A stretch of 64,000 bases of DNA from Sedimentisphaerales bacterium (GTDB lineage Bacteria; Planctomycetota; Phycisphaerae; Sedimentisphaerales; Anaerobacaceae). The DNA lies in assembly GCA_963708075.1 (NCBI GenBank), contig OY970194.1, positions 4,288,001 to 4,352,000 on the forward strand, written 5' to 3'. The position numbers and the translations under genes were made by a program. The notes beneath the pieces are model-generated. The model was not told the DNA's origin. It worked only from the letters and a program-made list of their open reading frames with translations, and did not search any database. Below, in pieces: positions 37,633-48,801 of the stretch. Numbering within the stretch: position 1 is the first letter of the stretch; each line of letters begins with the position of its first letter.

Positions 37633-39059
37633 TTCAGCCACTGGCGCTCGATCTCTTCGAGGGTCTTGCCTTTGGTCTCCGGGACAAACGCCCGGACGAC
37701 CAGGAGCAGCGCGAGACAAAATGCACCATAGAGCCAGAAGGGAAACGCCCGATGGAATGTACCCACAAGCCAGGGGTTGGCGTCCATCATCGGGAAGGTT
37801 TGTGAGATAATGTAGTTGGCGATCCACAGGCAGACAGTGGCGATGGCCATGGCCCGGCCACGAATCTGAGTCGGGAAAATCTCCGAAAGGATCACCCACG
37901 TCACCGGCCCCACGGACAGGGCGAAACAGGCGATATACCCGAGGATAAACAGCAGCATCCAGAGGCCGGTCGTCTGCACGTAGGCACCCAGGCCCATCGC
38001 CAGCAGGCAGACGCCCATGCCGGCTGAGCCGATCGTCATCAGGGGCTTGCGGCCCAATTTGTCCACCGTCCAGATCGCGATCACGGTAAAGCTCAGGTTC
38101 ACCACGCCGACGACCACGGTCTGGAGCAGAGCGGCGTTGGTCCCCGAGCCCATCTTCTTGAAGATCTCCGTGCCGAAGTAGAGGAACACGTTGATCCCCG
38201 TGACCTGCTGCAGCACGGCCAGACCGATCCCGATCAGCAGGACGATCCTCAGGCCCGGCTGAAGGAGCTGCTTCAGCGAGCTGCTCTCATGGCTGATGGC
38301 GTCTTTGATTTCCGCCAACTCCGCCCGCGCGTACGCGTCGCCGTCCACACGCGTCAGAATCCCCAGGGCCTCGTCCGTGCGTCCTCGCTTCGTCAGCCAG
38401 CGGGGGCTCTCGGGGACCACGAATGACAGGGCCAGCAACACCAGGGCGGGCAGCGCTTCCGAGCCGAACATCCATCGCCAGCCGACTCGCTCGTTCCATG
38501 CCGCGTCGCCTTGCAGCGCGATGAAGTAGTTCACGAAGTACACGACGAGAAAGCCCGTGACGATGGCGAACTGGTTGACGGACACCATGCGTCCGCGGAT
38601 GCGGGCGGGACTGATCTCCGCGATGTACATGGGCGACGTGATGGAGGCGGCCCCGACGCCCAAGCCGCCGAGGATGCGGTAGAAGATGAATGCGCCGATC
38701 GTCTGCGGGATAGCCGTGCCGACGGCGGAAACGAAAAAGAAGATGGCCGACAGGATGAGTACCTTTTTTCGGCCGAACCGGTCGCTCACCGGACCCGCGC
38801 CCGCGGCGCCGATGGCGCAGCCGAGCAGGGCACAGGCCGTGGCCCAGCCCTCCTGTTGCGCGTTGAGGACAAAATGGGCCTTCAGCGGGCCGATGGCGCC
38901 GTTGATTACGCCGGTGTCATAACCGAACAGCAGGCCGCCCAGCGCAGCCACGATAGTCACCAGGAAGACATAAGTAGTACTGCCGATCCGGCCGGTAAGC
39001 TCAACGCCGCGGTCCACGATCCCGCTGTCCCCTGCAGCCATCTCAGAATTCTGGCTCAT
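37629..39059 (-). CDS. Sugar porter family MFS transporter
   Basis: GGLLFGYDTG, DRFGRK, YIAEISP..RG, PESPRWL, QQVTGIN, PETKGK. Confidence 0.95.
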   Translation of the reverse strand: MSQNSEMAAGDSGIVDRGVELTGRIGSTTYVFLVTIVAALGGLLFGYDTGVINGAIGPLKAHFVLNAQQEGWATACALLGCAIGAAGAGPVSDRFGRKKVLILSAIFFFVSAVGTAIPQTIGAFIFYRILGGLGVGAASITSPMYIAEISPARIRGRMVSVNQFAIVTGFLVVYFVNYFIALQGDAAWNERVGWRWMFGSEALPALVLLALSFVVPESPRWLTKRGRTDEALGILTRVDGDAYARAELAEIKDAISHESSSLKQLLQPGLRIVLLIGIGLAVLQQVTGINVFLYFGTEIFKKMGSGTNAALLQTVVVGVVNLSFTVIAIWTVDKLGRKPLMTIGSAGMGVCLLAMGLGAYVQTTGLWMLLFILGYIACFALSVGPVTWVILSEIFPTQIRGRAMAIATVCLWIANYIISQTFPMMDANPWLVGTFHRAFPFWLYGAFCLALLLVVRAFVPETKGKTLEEIERQWLK

Positions 39060-39061
39060 AA

Positions 39062-41019
39062 TCACTCCTTGCAGTTCTCTATGGCGCGGGTCAGCGCCCA
39101 GTCGATGAACATGGCGTGATCGTTGTTCTTGTAGCTGCCGCCGGGATTCTTGCACCGCTCGCGGGCCGATTCCATCTGCTGCAGGACGGGACGGGCCTTG
39201 TCTCCAAGACTCTGCAGAGTTCGGGCGGCGTGCAAGGTGACGGGCTCTCGTGAGTCCAGCAGGCCCCGGGCCAGGACAAGCAGCGCCTCGTCACACATGC
39301 CCAGTCGGCACAGCGCTCCAGCGGCGGTGAACCGCACATTGGGGCACGGGTCCTCCAGGACTGCCATCAACGCCCCTTTCGCTTCCGCTGCCTCGGGGCC
39401 AAGAGCCAGAAGGCCCTCCGCCGCCCAGTAGCGGACGGCGCTGTCGCCGTTTTCCAGATACTCCGTCAGGGCGGGCAATGCCTTCGAACCCGCGCCTACA
39501 AGCTCAGCGGCCGCGAGAATCCGCGATTGTGGATATCGGGCGGCATCCTGCACGACCTCATAGGGCGTGGCGTCGCCGGCGCGGATGTGCATCTCGGCCT
39601 CGGGCAACAGGCCGGTGTCGCGTGTCTGGATCATCCAGTCCCAGAGCTGCCGGCGCATGCTTTCGAGCCTGTCGCGATGTTCCGGCGAGCCGGCCAGGTT
39701 GTGCACTTCGAGCGGGTCCACCAACGTGTCGTACAATTCCTCCATTGGCTTGGTCGGCCCCCAGAAGGGCTTTTCGATGCCGGCCATGCCGCCTTGAGCC
39801 GACACGCGGCGCAGCTCCTGCATGATCTCCGCCTGGTCGCAGTAGGTGCTCGGCTGCACGTACGGCAGGTGCGGCATGAAGTTGCGGATGTACTTGTACC
39901 GCTTGTCCCGGATGCAGCGTGACATTTCGTAGGCTTCATCGACCCGGCTGGAGGCCCCATAGATGCAGTCGCGAGCCGCGGCCGGCGATTCGCCGAGGAA
40001 CGGCTTGCCCTGCATGTGCGCGGCGCGGGCACGCGGGCCAGCGCCAGCACGGTCGGGGCGAAATCGACGAAGCTGACGAGCTGATCCGTCCTGCCGCCCG
40101 GGACCAGCGGCGCCAGCTTCTGATACAAGGTGGGGACTCGGACGATCAGCGGGACACGCAGGCCCGTGTCGTAGAGCGTCCTCTTGAATCGCGGCAAACC
40201 CAGACCATGATCGGCGAAGAAGAACACGATCGTGCTCTGTGTCAGGGCGTCCTGCTCAAGCTGAGCAAGCAGCTCGCCGACCTGCTTATCCATGATGGTA
40301 ATCAGGTCGTAGTAGCGGGCCCACATGTTGCGGACCATCGGCGTGTCGGGATAGAACGGCGGCAGCGAGAGCTTATTGGGGTCGTGACGCTCACTGGGCT
40401 TGAGCTTCGAGCCGTACTTGGCGGCGAACTCCTCGTCGGTGCCGTTCACCTGCCCCTGGTGCGTGGTCGTGATATTGAAGACGCTGAAGAAGGACTGGCC
40501 GCCCGGGCGGTTGCGCCAGTGGGCGGTCGGGCTCGAATCGTGCCAGATCGTCGGATCCTTGAAATTGTAGTCCTCCTTGAAGTTGTTCGAGCAATAGTAG
40601 CTGGCGTATCGCAGCAGCTTCGGGAATGGCTCGATCTGCCGGGGCAGCCTGACCTCCGAGCGCAGGTGCTGCGTGCCGAGGCTGGTGGCGTAGAGCCCTG
40701 TGATCAGGCACGAGCGGGCCGGCGAGCAGACCGGAGCGGTCGAGTAGGCATTCGTATAGCGGATTCCCTCGCCTGCGAGATGGTCCAGGTTGGGTGTGAC
40801 GGCGAACGGGTCGCCGTAGCAGCCGAGATAGGGGCTGGTGTCCTCGCAGGTGATCCAGAGGATGTTGGGCCTCGGCAGCGAGGCCTCGACCGGCGCTGCG
40901 GCCGTCATGGTCACTCGAGAAAAGGTCATCGGCTCGGTGCATCCGGACAAGACCAGCCCGGAGGCACACAGACCGGCGGCCCTGAGAAAGTCGCGACGTG
41001 TGCGAATTCGAACGTCCAT
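39062..41019 (-). CDS. TAT-exported S1 sulfatase with C-terminal HEAT repeats (frameshift near 40020)
   Basis: TRRDFL signal, RPNILWITCED, CSPAR, FADHG, ELYD, VRYWAA. Confidence 0.9.
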
Positions 41020-41043
41020 ACTCACTGCTCCACAATCCATACA

Positions 41044-43214
41044 TTACCTCTTCGCCGCGATGACCTTCGCGTCGCGCACGCTGCGCACGGGCTGTTGGCC
41101 GGCGGCGGTCAATTCCGCCGTCAGTATATACTCGCCCGGCTCCGAGGGAATAGCCTGCGTGAAAGACAGCGTCTCGCCGCCCAGCGCGGCGACGGTGCAT
41201 GACCTGCCCTGAGAGGCCACAGGGCTTCCGTCCTTGAGCAGGCGAAGGTGTACCTCGCCCTTCCACGTCGCCGTAGAGGTCGTTGATGACGAGCACCTTG
41301 AACTCCTGCTGCAGTCCGGCGGGCAGGTCGTCGCCCCAGTAGTCAAGCATCACGCCGACCGGCGAGAACGCATCACGGACGTACTTTTCGAAGTTCGGCT
41401 CGAATGTCAGGTTCTCCAGGTCGATGAAATGATCGCTGGTGGCGCCGCCCTCGGGACGGGGCTTGTCCCCGGATCGCGAGTAGCCCAGGCCACAGAAATG
41501 CAACACGCCGGCACACTTGCGGTGTGCCCGCCAGAACTCCGTCTTGGCCGCGAGGAGCTTTGCATAGAGCTCACGCCGCTGTTCCGTGGTCGAGTTGGGA
41601 CCGAGCAGCTTCTCGTACACCGGACCGGTCAGACAGGTGGTCGTGCCGTCGCGATTGAGCCAGAGCCATGCGTACTCGTTGATGATGATAGGCACATTGA
41701 GCTTTTGCTGGGCCTTCTGCAGGGAGGGAACGCCCGAGACGCTGACCATATCCTTCAAGCTCTTGAATTTCGCATTTCCCCAGGAGGCGTTGAAGAGCCC
41801 GCTCATAAGATAAGGGTGGGCTTCGACGCAATCCTGCGTGCTCTGCGGCTCGGCCCAGCCGTTCTCCCACGGCCGATTCGACAGGTCCAGGTGCCGCACC
41901 GCCTGCAGGGCCTTGCCGGTTTCGACCGTTTGGCTCTCGTTCTGCGCGTCCCAGATGACCACACACGGATGGTTCCATCGCTCGCGCATCCACTCCGTAT
42001 ACTCGGGGATGATCTTCTCCGCCTTCGGGCTCTCCGGCGTCTTCGCCCAGCAGCCAGATCGGGAACTCATCCTGGATCAGGAAACCCACCTCGTCGGCGA
42101 TGTCGTACCACTGCTCCGGCGGAAAGCCGATGCAGTAGCGAATCGAGTTCCAGTGCATGCCCTTGAACTTTTCGTGGAGCCGGCGGACCCATTCCGCCCG
42201 CCAGGGCCTGTCGCCCCGCTGGGCATCCTCGAAGAAGCGATACGCACAGACATTGGTGCCCCGCATGAAGTACGGCTTGCCGTTGAGAATCGCCCTGCCG
42301 CTCGCTGCGTCGAATCGGAACGACCGCATGCCGAAGCGCGTCTCGGCCGTATCGTCGCCCGTGCTCAACCTGAGCCTGTAGAGGAATGGGTCCTCAGGCG
42401 TCCAAAGCCGGCAGGATTGCAGCGGAACGACGAGGTCCAGCTTTGTCACGGTATCCGCCGCAACCGGGACATCCGACTGCACCACCTTGCCGACGACCGA
42501 GCCGCTGACCGCTTCCATGATTTCGCACGTGACGGGGCAGGTGCTTTCGATAGAGGATTGAAGCTCCGCGATGACGCGCACCTTCTTGCCATCGATGTCC
42601 GGCACGGTCTGGATATTCACAATGAACGGCTCGCCGGAAAGGATCAGCTCGACCGAGTCGTAGATGCCGGGGATGTAGAGGTACTTCTCGAAGTCCCAGC
42701 CGCTGGGCACGTCTTTCGGCCGTGACTCGCGGTCGGCGCCAACGCGGATGACCAGCTCGTTTTCCTGCCCCGTGCCCTTGAGGTGCCGCTTCACATCCAT
42801 CAGGGCGGGCGTGAAGCACGGCAGGTGCTCGCCGACGAGCTGGCCGTTGAGCCAGACCTTCGTGCCGTACCGGGCCTTGTGAATCTTCAGAATCGCGACA
42901 TCGGGGATGGACCTGCCCACGGTGAACGTACGCCGATACCAGAAGGCCTGGCGTTTCGCGCTCTTCTTGCCGACCTCATCGAAGGCCGGCCTGGCCATAT
43001 CCACCAGTCCCGGCACCGGGACGGTATGCTCGAATTGACTGGGGACTATATCCATCGTGCCTTCGGCCACTTGCCACGGGCCATTGAGGCTGATGATCCG
43101 CCGCGGGCCGCTTTCAGCCGCGGCCACTCTTTGATCCATCGGCAACCACGCCGCGAACACAATAGAAAACATGACTACGGACTTTCTCTGTGGGAAGTGT
43201 TTGTTGAATCTCAT
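41044..43214 (-). CDS. Glycoside hydrolase family 2 (frameshifts near 42040 and 41270)
   Basis: ISLNGPW, WYRRTF, LWTPEDPFLY, FGMRSF, YDIADEVG, NHPCVVIWDAQNE, IINEY. Confidence 0.87.
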
Positions 43215-43359
43215 GCCGTGTCTCCTGTTTCGCACCAACTGCGATGGGTGGCAGCGTCAAGCGCAGCTTGGCGATGGTTTGCCGATTCGCCATCGCCAAG
43301 GCCTTCGGCCTTGACGCTGCCACCCCTGTTATGCTTGCCTAACCTGTCTTCCACAGGTC

Positions 43360-44646
43360 CTACACCTTGCGACCCAGTGCCTCGAACATCGCCAGCACAT
43401 TTTCGACGGGCGTATTGCACTGGATGTTGTGGATGGTGTTGAAGACAAAGCCGCCCTTGCGGCCGAAGATTTTCACACGCTCAGCGACCTGGGCCCGGAC
43501 CTCGTCGGGCGTGCCAAACGGCAGGGTCTGCTGGGTATCGACGCCGCCGCCCCAGAAGACGATTCTGCCCCCGAACGTATCGACCAGGTGCCTCGGGTCC
43601 ATCCTGCGGGCCGAGGTCTGCACGGGATTCAGGACGTCGAAGCCGGCGTCGATGAAGCCCTCGATCAGCGGCTCGCACCCGCCGCAGCAATGTTTCAGCG
43701 TCTTCCACTTCGTGTGAGCGTGGACCCAATCATTGACCTGCTTGCTGTAGGGCAGGAACAACTCGCGGTACGTTTCCGGCGAGCAGAAAAGGCTGTTTTG
43801 CGAGGCCAGGTCGGTCCCGTCCATGAACACCACGTGCACCTTGTCCCCGACGGCCTGGTGGATTCGCTTGAGGTTCTCGATGGCGATCTCCGCCTGCCGT
43901 GCGAACACCTCCCTGATATACCCCTGCCGTATCGCCGTGCTGATGTACCACTCCTCGATATCGCGGATGCCCTTGGGGTCCTTCATCCAGGGCCCCGGCA
44001 CCAGGGCGATGTCCCCGAACGCCGTGCCCGGAAAGCCCGCGCCGATGGCCAGGTCGGTATTGCTGTATAGATCGCTCGCCCGCTGCTCGTAGTGCCGCAG
44101 GGCTTCGTCGCTGATAGGTCCGAATTCTTCGAGATTATCGGCCGGATTGAGTTTCGCCTCGTCGATCGGCCTCTGCCGGATGATCGAGTCGAAGTAGAAC
44201 CCGCCCTTGGGCATCCTGGCCGACGCCTTGGCCGACCTGTCCCCTTCCGGGTACATGAGGATGTCGCCGTTGGGCTCGGGAGTCGTGTTGAACTTGGCGG
44301 CGACGAGAACGTCCGTGCCATCAAAAGTCCGCCAGGGCTTCCAATCCGTGTTCTCGTAGCCGAACATGTTCTTCAGGTTCGGCAGGTTGACCACGTCGAT
44401 GCCGAGCGCCTGTCGCAGGTCCGCGCCGATCTCGCCGAGCATCTGATATGGCTCGACCACCTTGACTCTCGCTCCCGGCTTGTCGAGCTTCAGCGTTTGG
44501 CGCAGCTTGGCCACCACGCTGACGTGGGACCCGGAACAATTCGTGCCGCCCAGATCGACGGGGACACGATCCACCGGCTGATGGTTCAACGCGCGAATCA
44601 CCCGCTCGCGACTGCCGAGCGGGCCTTGTGGGGACTTTGCCTTCAT
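43360..44646 (-). CDS. Uroporphyrinogen decarboxylase-like / MtaA-CmuA-family protein
   Basis: SRERV..ALNH..DRVP, HCCG, LNPVQ, FWGGGVDTQ, HNIQ. Confidence 0.85.
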   Translation of the reverse strand: MKAKSPQGPLGSRERVIRALNHQPVDRVPVDLGGTNCSGSHVSVVAKLRQTLKLDKPGARVKVVEPYQMLGEIGADLRQALGIDVVNLPNLKNMFGYENTDWKPWRTFDGTDVLVAAKFNTTPEPNGDILMYPEGDRSAKASARMPKGGFYFDSIIRQRPIDEAKLNPADNLEEFGPISDEALRHYEQRASDLYSNTDLAIGAGFPGTAFGDIALVPGPWMKDPKGIRDIEEWYISTAIRQGYIREVFARQAEIAIENLKRIHQAVGDKVHVVFMDGTDLASQNSLFCSPETYRELFLPYSKQVNDWVHAHTKWKTLKHCCGGCEPLIEGFIDAGFDVLNPVQTSARRMDPRHLVDTFGGRIVFWGGGVDTQQTLPFGTPDEVRAQVAERVKIFGRKGGFVFNTIHNIQCNTPVENVLAMFEALGRKV

Positions 44647-44984
44647 AGTTGACTCCTGGATTGTACGGGCGGGTTTCAAACCCGCCCCTACGGAACCAAA
44701 CACCACAGCAAATGCCACGCCCGGGCCTTGGGCCGGGCGAACGGATTGTACCCCGCCCCCCGCCCAAGGTGAAACCCAATTTTCGACGATCCCAGCATTT
44801 CGCAGGTACACCCATATCCCCGCAAACGTGGATGAAAAGTAGAATGTCCCACGTTCTCTGGGTGCCATGCTTACGCTTGCGTAAGCATGTCTTGCACGTC
44901 GTATCGAACATGTCTACGCAAGCGTAGACATGGCACCCCGCCGGGAGTCTCTCCCTGGAGCCGGGTGGCACGGCCAACCTTGTT

Positions 44985-45362
44985 GGCAACGTCCCATTTT
45001 CTTGAGATCCGGACTCTCGCAGGAGGAACGCCTTCATGGTCGCAGGTCCATTGATGGTTTGGCCTCATCCGAGGATCTCAGGGGCTCTGCCCCTGAAACC
45101 CCGGCATTTGGCGCGTTGGGCCAATAGCATGGTAGGACCGAGAGGCTTTCCGCCGAGGCGATGGCACCAGGAACTCCGGGGTCTTCGTACAGCCGGATCG
45201 TTCAACCCCGGCCGTGGGAGAAGCTTGCTCTGCGTTCCATGCTGCTGGCTCAAAGCGGAAAATGCCGGGGGTCTGGGGGCAGCGCCCTCAGGGGGACTGT
45301 CAGAACCTGCGTTCGCGGTGTTCATTGCCGACAGTCCAATCTCAAGAACTTGAGACGTTGCC
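44985..45362. mobile_element. 378-bp MITE of the same TIR family, inserted in a REP loop
   Basis: 24-bp TIRs GGCAACGTCCCATTTTCTTGAGAT / ATCTCAAGAACTTGAGACGTTGCC (21/24), flanks ACCTTGTT / AACTTGTT. Confidence 0.75.
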
Positions 45363-45427
45363 AACTTGTTTTGACGGTTGCTCATTCGATTGGCCTGACC
45401 AATCGAGACCCCACGGGCAAACTCGTT

Positions 45428-45582
45428 GGGTTCGTCCCAAGTTGTTGAGTTTTGGGTGGCAGCGTCAAGCGCAGCTTGGCGATGGTCTTGCCCATTCGCC
45501 ATCGCCAAGGCCTTCGGCCTTGACGCTGCCACCCGACTGCGCAGCTTGCACAGGCTCGATCTCAAGGATTTGGGACGAACCC
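45428..45582. mobile_element. 155-bp MITE, reverse complement of 11034-11188
   Basis: Base-by-base manual comparison found no differences. Confidence 0.85.
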
Positions 45583-45664
45583 AACGAGTTTGCCCGTGCC
45601 ATGCAGGATCGCACCTTTTCAAACAGGCACAAACGCAGGCGTGGCGGCGCGCGTAGGATGGGCT

Positions 45665-46174
45665 TCAGCCCATGCTGTCCTCTCGGGGTGACGGATCGCC
45701 GTTGCCGGGACGGCGCTGGCGGAAGAAGACCTGGAGCAACCCCGCACAATCGTCAGCTAAGACGCCGCAGGTGACTTGCAAGCGATGGTTGAGCCGGCCG
45801 TCGCGGCAAATGTCATAGAGCGAGCCGCAGGCGCCGGCCTTTGGGTCCGTGCAGCCGTAGACGAGCCGATCCAGCCGGGCCATCACCAACGCCCCGGCAC
45901 ACATCGGACACGGCTCCAGCGTCACGTAGATCGTGCAGCCGTGCAGCCGCCACATGCCCAGCGCCGCCGCCGCCTGCGTCAGGGCGATGATTTCCGCGTG
46001 GGCCGTCGGGTCCTTGAGCTGCTCGCGCTGGTTGTACGCGCGGGCGATGACCCGGCCCTCGTGCACGATGACCGTCCCGATGGGCACGTCGCCGTTCTCC
46101 TCGGCCACCTGCGCCGCATCGAGCGCCATCCGCATATACCGTTCATCCATCTGCTGCTGCGTCAATTCCATCAT
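45665..46174 (-). CDS. tadA: tRNA adenosine(34) deaminase
   Basis: [25 protein letters not shown]; stop codon lies in a REP hairpin. Confidence 0.95.
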   Translation of the reverse strand: MMELTQQQMDERYMRMALDAAQVAEENGDVPIGTVIVHEGRVIARAYNQREQLKDPTAHAEIIALTQAAAALGMWRLHGCTIYVTLEPCPMCAGALVMARLDRLVYGCTDPKAGACGSLYDICRDGRLNHRLQVTCGVLADDCAGLLQVFFRQRRPGNGDPSPREDSMG

Positions 46175-46432
46175 GGCCGACCATCAAACCCGCCGCCCCA
46201 CCGCCCGTCAACGCTTTTCCGACGTCCAATCCTCTCGCGAGCACTCCAAAGTCCGGATCCGGGCGAACAAAAATTGCCCGCAAACCGTGATATATGCGAA
46301 GGTCAGCTTGACACACGGTGTCCGAGACGATGGGGGCATTGCGAGAACGGAGCCCACCAGTGGCTTGAGGGCGTTCCTTCACATCATTGAGATTTGCATA
46401 ACGAGAGAATTCGAGAGCAAGAGGCGAGACGG

Positions 46433-48397
46433 ATGAGGAACACCTCCAGCCGCGATCTGAAAGAAATGGCCAAGGGAACGGTGCGGCGCATGCAGGCACT
46501 CCCGGCGTGGCTGCGCCGCTTGGGATACTACATTTTGGCCCTGCTGTTCGTGGCGGCCGCGGCAGCGCTTCGCTGGGCACTGCCGGAGGTGCTGGGATTA
46601 ACCCCATTTCTGGTGTTCTACCTGGCATGGGTCGGCGCCGCGGTGTTCGGCGGACTGGGGCCGGGCCTGCTGGCGACAGTAGCCTCATGGCTGTGCATTG
46701 ACCTGCTGTTCGATCCCAGCGGCACATTGGTCAACTTTGCCGACCTGACGACGATAGGCAGGCTGGCGATTCTCCTGGCCGGCGGACTGACCATCAGTCT
46801 CGTCGCCGACAGGATGCGACGCGGACGATTCCGCGAACGAGAGAGCGAGGCGAGGCTTCGGACGGTGGTCGAGAACTTGACAGAGGGCCTCATTGCCGCC
46901 GATCTCAACGGGCGACTATTTCAATGGAACCGCACTGCCCTGGAGATGCACGGATTCGCAAACCTCGAAGACGCCCAGCGCCGCCTGCCCGAGTTCGCCG
47001 ATATCTTCAAGCTCTCGACCCTGGACGGGACGGCGGTGCCCCTGGAGCAATGGCCGCTGGCTCGTGTCTTGCGCGGGGAAGATCTGCGCGACTGGGAAAT
47101 CCGTGTACGGCGGATCACCGGCGACTGGGAGCGAATCTTCAGTTACGCCGGCTCCCTCGTTCGCGACGAGCAGGACCAGCCGCTATTGGCGGTGCTCACG
47201 GTCACCGATATCACGGAACGTAAGCGCGCCGAAAAGGAGTTGCGAGAGAGCGAGTCGTTCTACCGGCAGACGCTGGAGTCGATTCCCGGCATGGTCTTCA
47301 CGACTCGTCCGGATGGCTATTGTGACTACCAAAGTCAGCAGTGGGTGGACTACACGGGGGTGCCGATGTCCGAGCACCTCGGCGATGGCTGGAACAAGCT
47401 GCTGCATCCGGAGGACCGGCCCCGCGCGTTTGCCGCCTGGCAGACCGCCGTGGAGGGCAAAGCGCCTTACGATCTGGAGTACCGTGTCCGTCGCCGTGAT
47501 GGCCAATACGAGTGGTTCAAGGTGATCGGCCGGCCCATCCGTGACGCGGCAGGACAGATCGTGCGATGGTTCGGCGTCGTGATCAATATTGAAGCGATCA
47601 AGCATGCGGAGGAATCGCTGCGCGAGGTCAACAAGCGCCTCCGGGAGCAAACGGATGAATTGACATCCGTCAACAAGGACCTGGAGCAGTTCGCCTACAT
47701 TGCCTCGCACGACCTGCAGGAGCCTCTGCGAGCCGTGTCAGGGTTCGTCACGTTGCTGCAGCAGCGCTACCAGAGCAAGCTCGACGAGAAGGCCGACAGC
47801 TACATCAGCTCCGCGGTTGAAGGGGCCTCCCGTATGCAGGCGCTGATCAACGGCCTGCTGGAATATTCCCGCGTGGGCACGAAGGGCAATGTGCCGGCGC
47901 CCGCAAACGCCGATGATGCGTTGAAGGAGGCTCTGGCGAACCTCCAGGCGTTGATTCAGGAATCCGGCGCGGTCATCACTTCGGACCCCCTGCCAAAAGT
48001 GCGGGCGGACGCCATCCAGCTCGCACATGTATTTCAGAACCTGATCGCCAACGCGATCAAGTTCCGCTCCGAGGAAACGCCGCAGATCCATGTGGGCTCG
48101 CGACGCCAGGACGGCTCCCGGCTCTTCTGGGTCCGCGACAACGGAATTGGGATCGACCCCCAGTACAACGAACGAATCTTCATGATCTTTCAGCGGCTCC
48201 ATACGCGGAGCAAATACCCCGGCACCGGCATCGGCCTGGCGATCTGCAAGCGGATCGTCGAACGCCACGGGGGCAATATCTGGGTGGAATCCCAGCCGGG
48301 CAAGGGATCGACCTTTTACTTTACATTACCTGACAAGGGAGAGACCCATGAATCCTCTTGGAGAGAGACCTATAGAGATCCTGTTGGTGGAAGATAG
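46433..48397 (+). CDS. Membrane sensor histidine kinase (DUF4118-like TM region, two PAS, HisKA, HATPase)
   Basis: [37 protein letters not shown]; start uncertain. Confidence 0.92.
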   Translation: MRNTSSRDLKEMAKGTVRRMQALPAWLRRLGYYILALLFVAAAAALRWALPEVLGLTPFLVFYLAWVGAAVFGGLGPGLLATVASWLCIDLLFDPSGTLVNFADLTTIGRLAILLAGGLTISLVADRMRRGRFRERESEARLRTVVENLTEGLIAADLNGRLFQWNRTALEMHGFANLEDAQRRLPEFADIFKLSTLDGTAVPLEQWPLARVLRGEDLRDWEIRVRRITGDWERIFSYAGSLVRDEQDQPLLAVLTVTDITERKRAEKELRESESFYRQTLESIPGMVFTTRPDGYCDYQSQQWVDYTGVPMSEHLGDGWNKLLHPEDRPRAFAAWQTAVEGKAPYDLEYRVRRRDGQYEWFKVIGRPIRDAAGQIVRWFGVVINIEAIKHAEESLREVNKRLREQTDELTSVNKDLEQFAYIASHDLQEPLRAVSGFVTLLQQRYQSKLDEKADSYISSAVEGASRMQALINGLLEYSRVGTKGNVPAPANADDALKEALANLQALIQESGAVITSDPLPKVRADAIQLAHVFQNLIANAIKFRSEETPQIHVGSRRQDGSRLFWVRDNGIGIDPQYNERIFMIFQRLHTRSKYPGTGIGLAICKRIVERHGGNIWVESQPGKGSTFYFTLPDKGETHESSWRETYRDPVGGR

Positions 48398-48794
48398 TCC
48401 GAGCGACGCTCAACTGGCGATTGAGGCGATGCAGGCGGCCAAGATCGCCAATCGCCTCAGCCACGTGGAAGACGGCGTCGAGGCCATGCAGTTCCTGCGG
48501 CGCGAGGGGCCGTACAGCGACGCCCCGCGCCCCGACCTGATCCTGCTGGACCTGAACCTGCCTCGCAAGGATGGCCGAGAGGTGCTCAAGGAGTTGAAGC
48601 AGGACCCGGAGCTCAAGATGATCCCCGTCGTGGTGCTGACGACCTCGCGGGCCGAGCAGGACGTGCTCCGCTCCTATGCCCTGCACGCCAACTGCTACAT
48701 CACCAAGCCGGTCGATTTCATGCAATTCATGGAGGTGGTGAAATCAATCGAGCATTTCTGGCTGGCCATCGTAACACTACCAAAGGAATCATAG
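48348..48794 (+). CDS. Single-domain response regulator (Rcp1-like)
   Basis: [27 protein letters not shown]. Confidence 0.93.
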   Translation: MNPLGERPIEILLVEDSPSDAQLAIEAMQAAKIANRLSHVEDGVEAMQFLRREGPYSDAPRPDLILLDLNLPRKDGREVLKELKQDPELKMIPVVVLTTSRAEQDVLRSYALHANCYITKPVDFMQFMEVVKSIEHFWLAIVTLPKES

Positions 48795-48801
48795 GATACC
48801 A

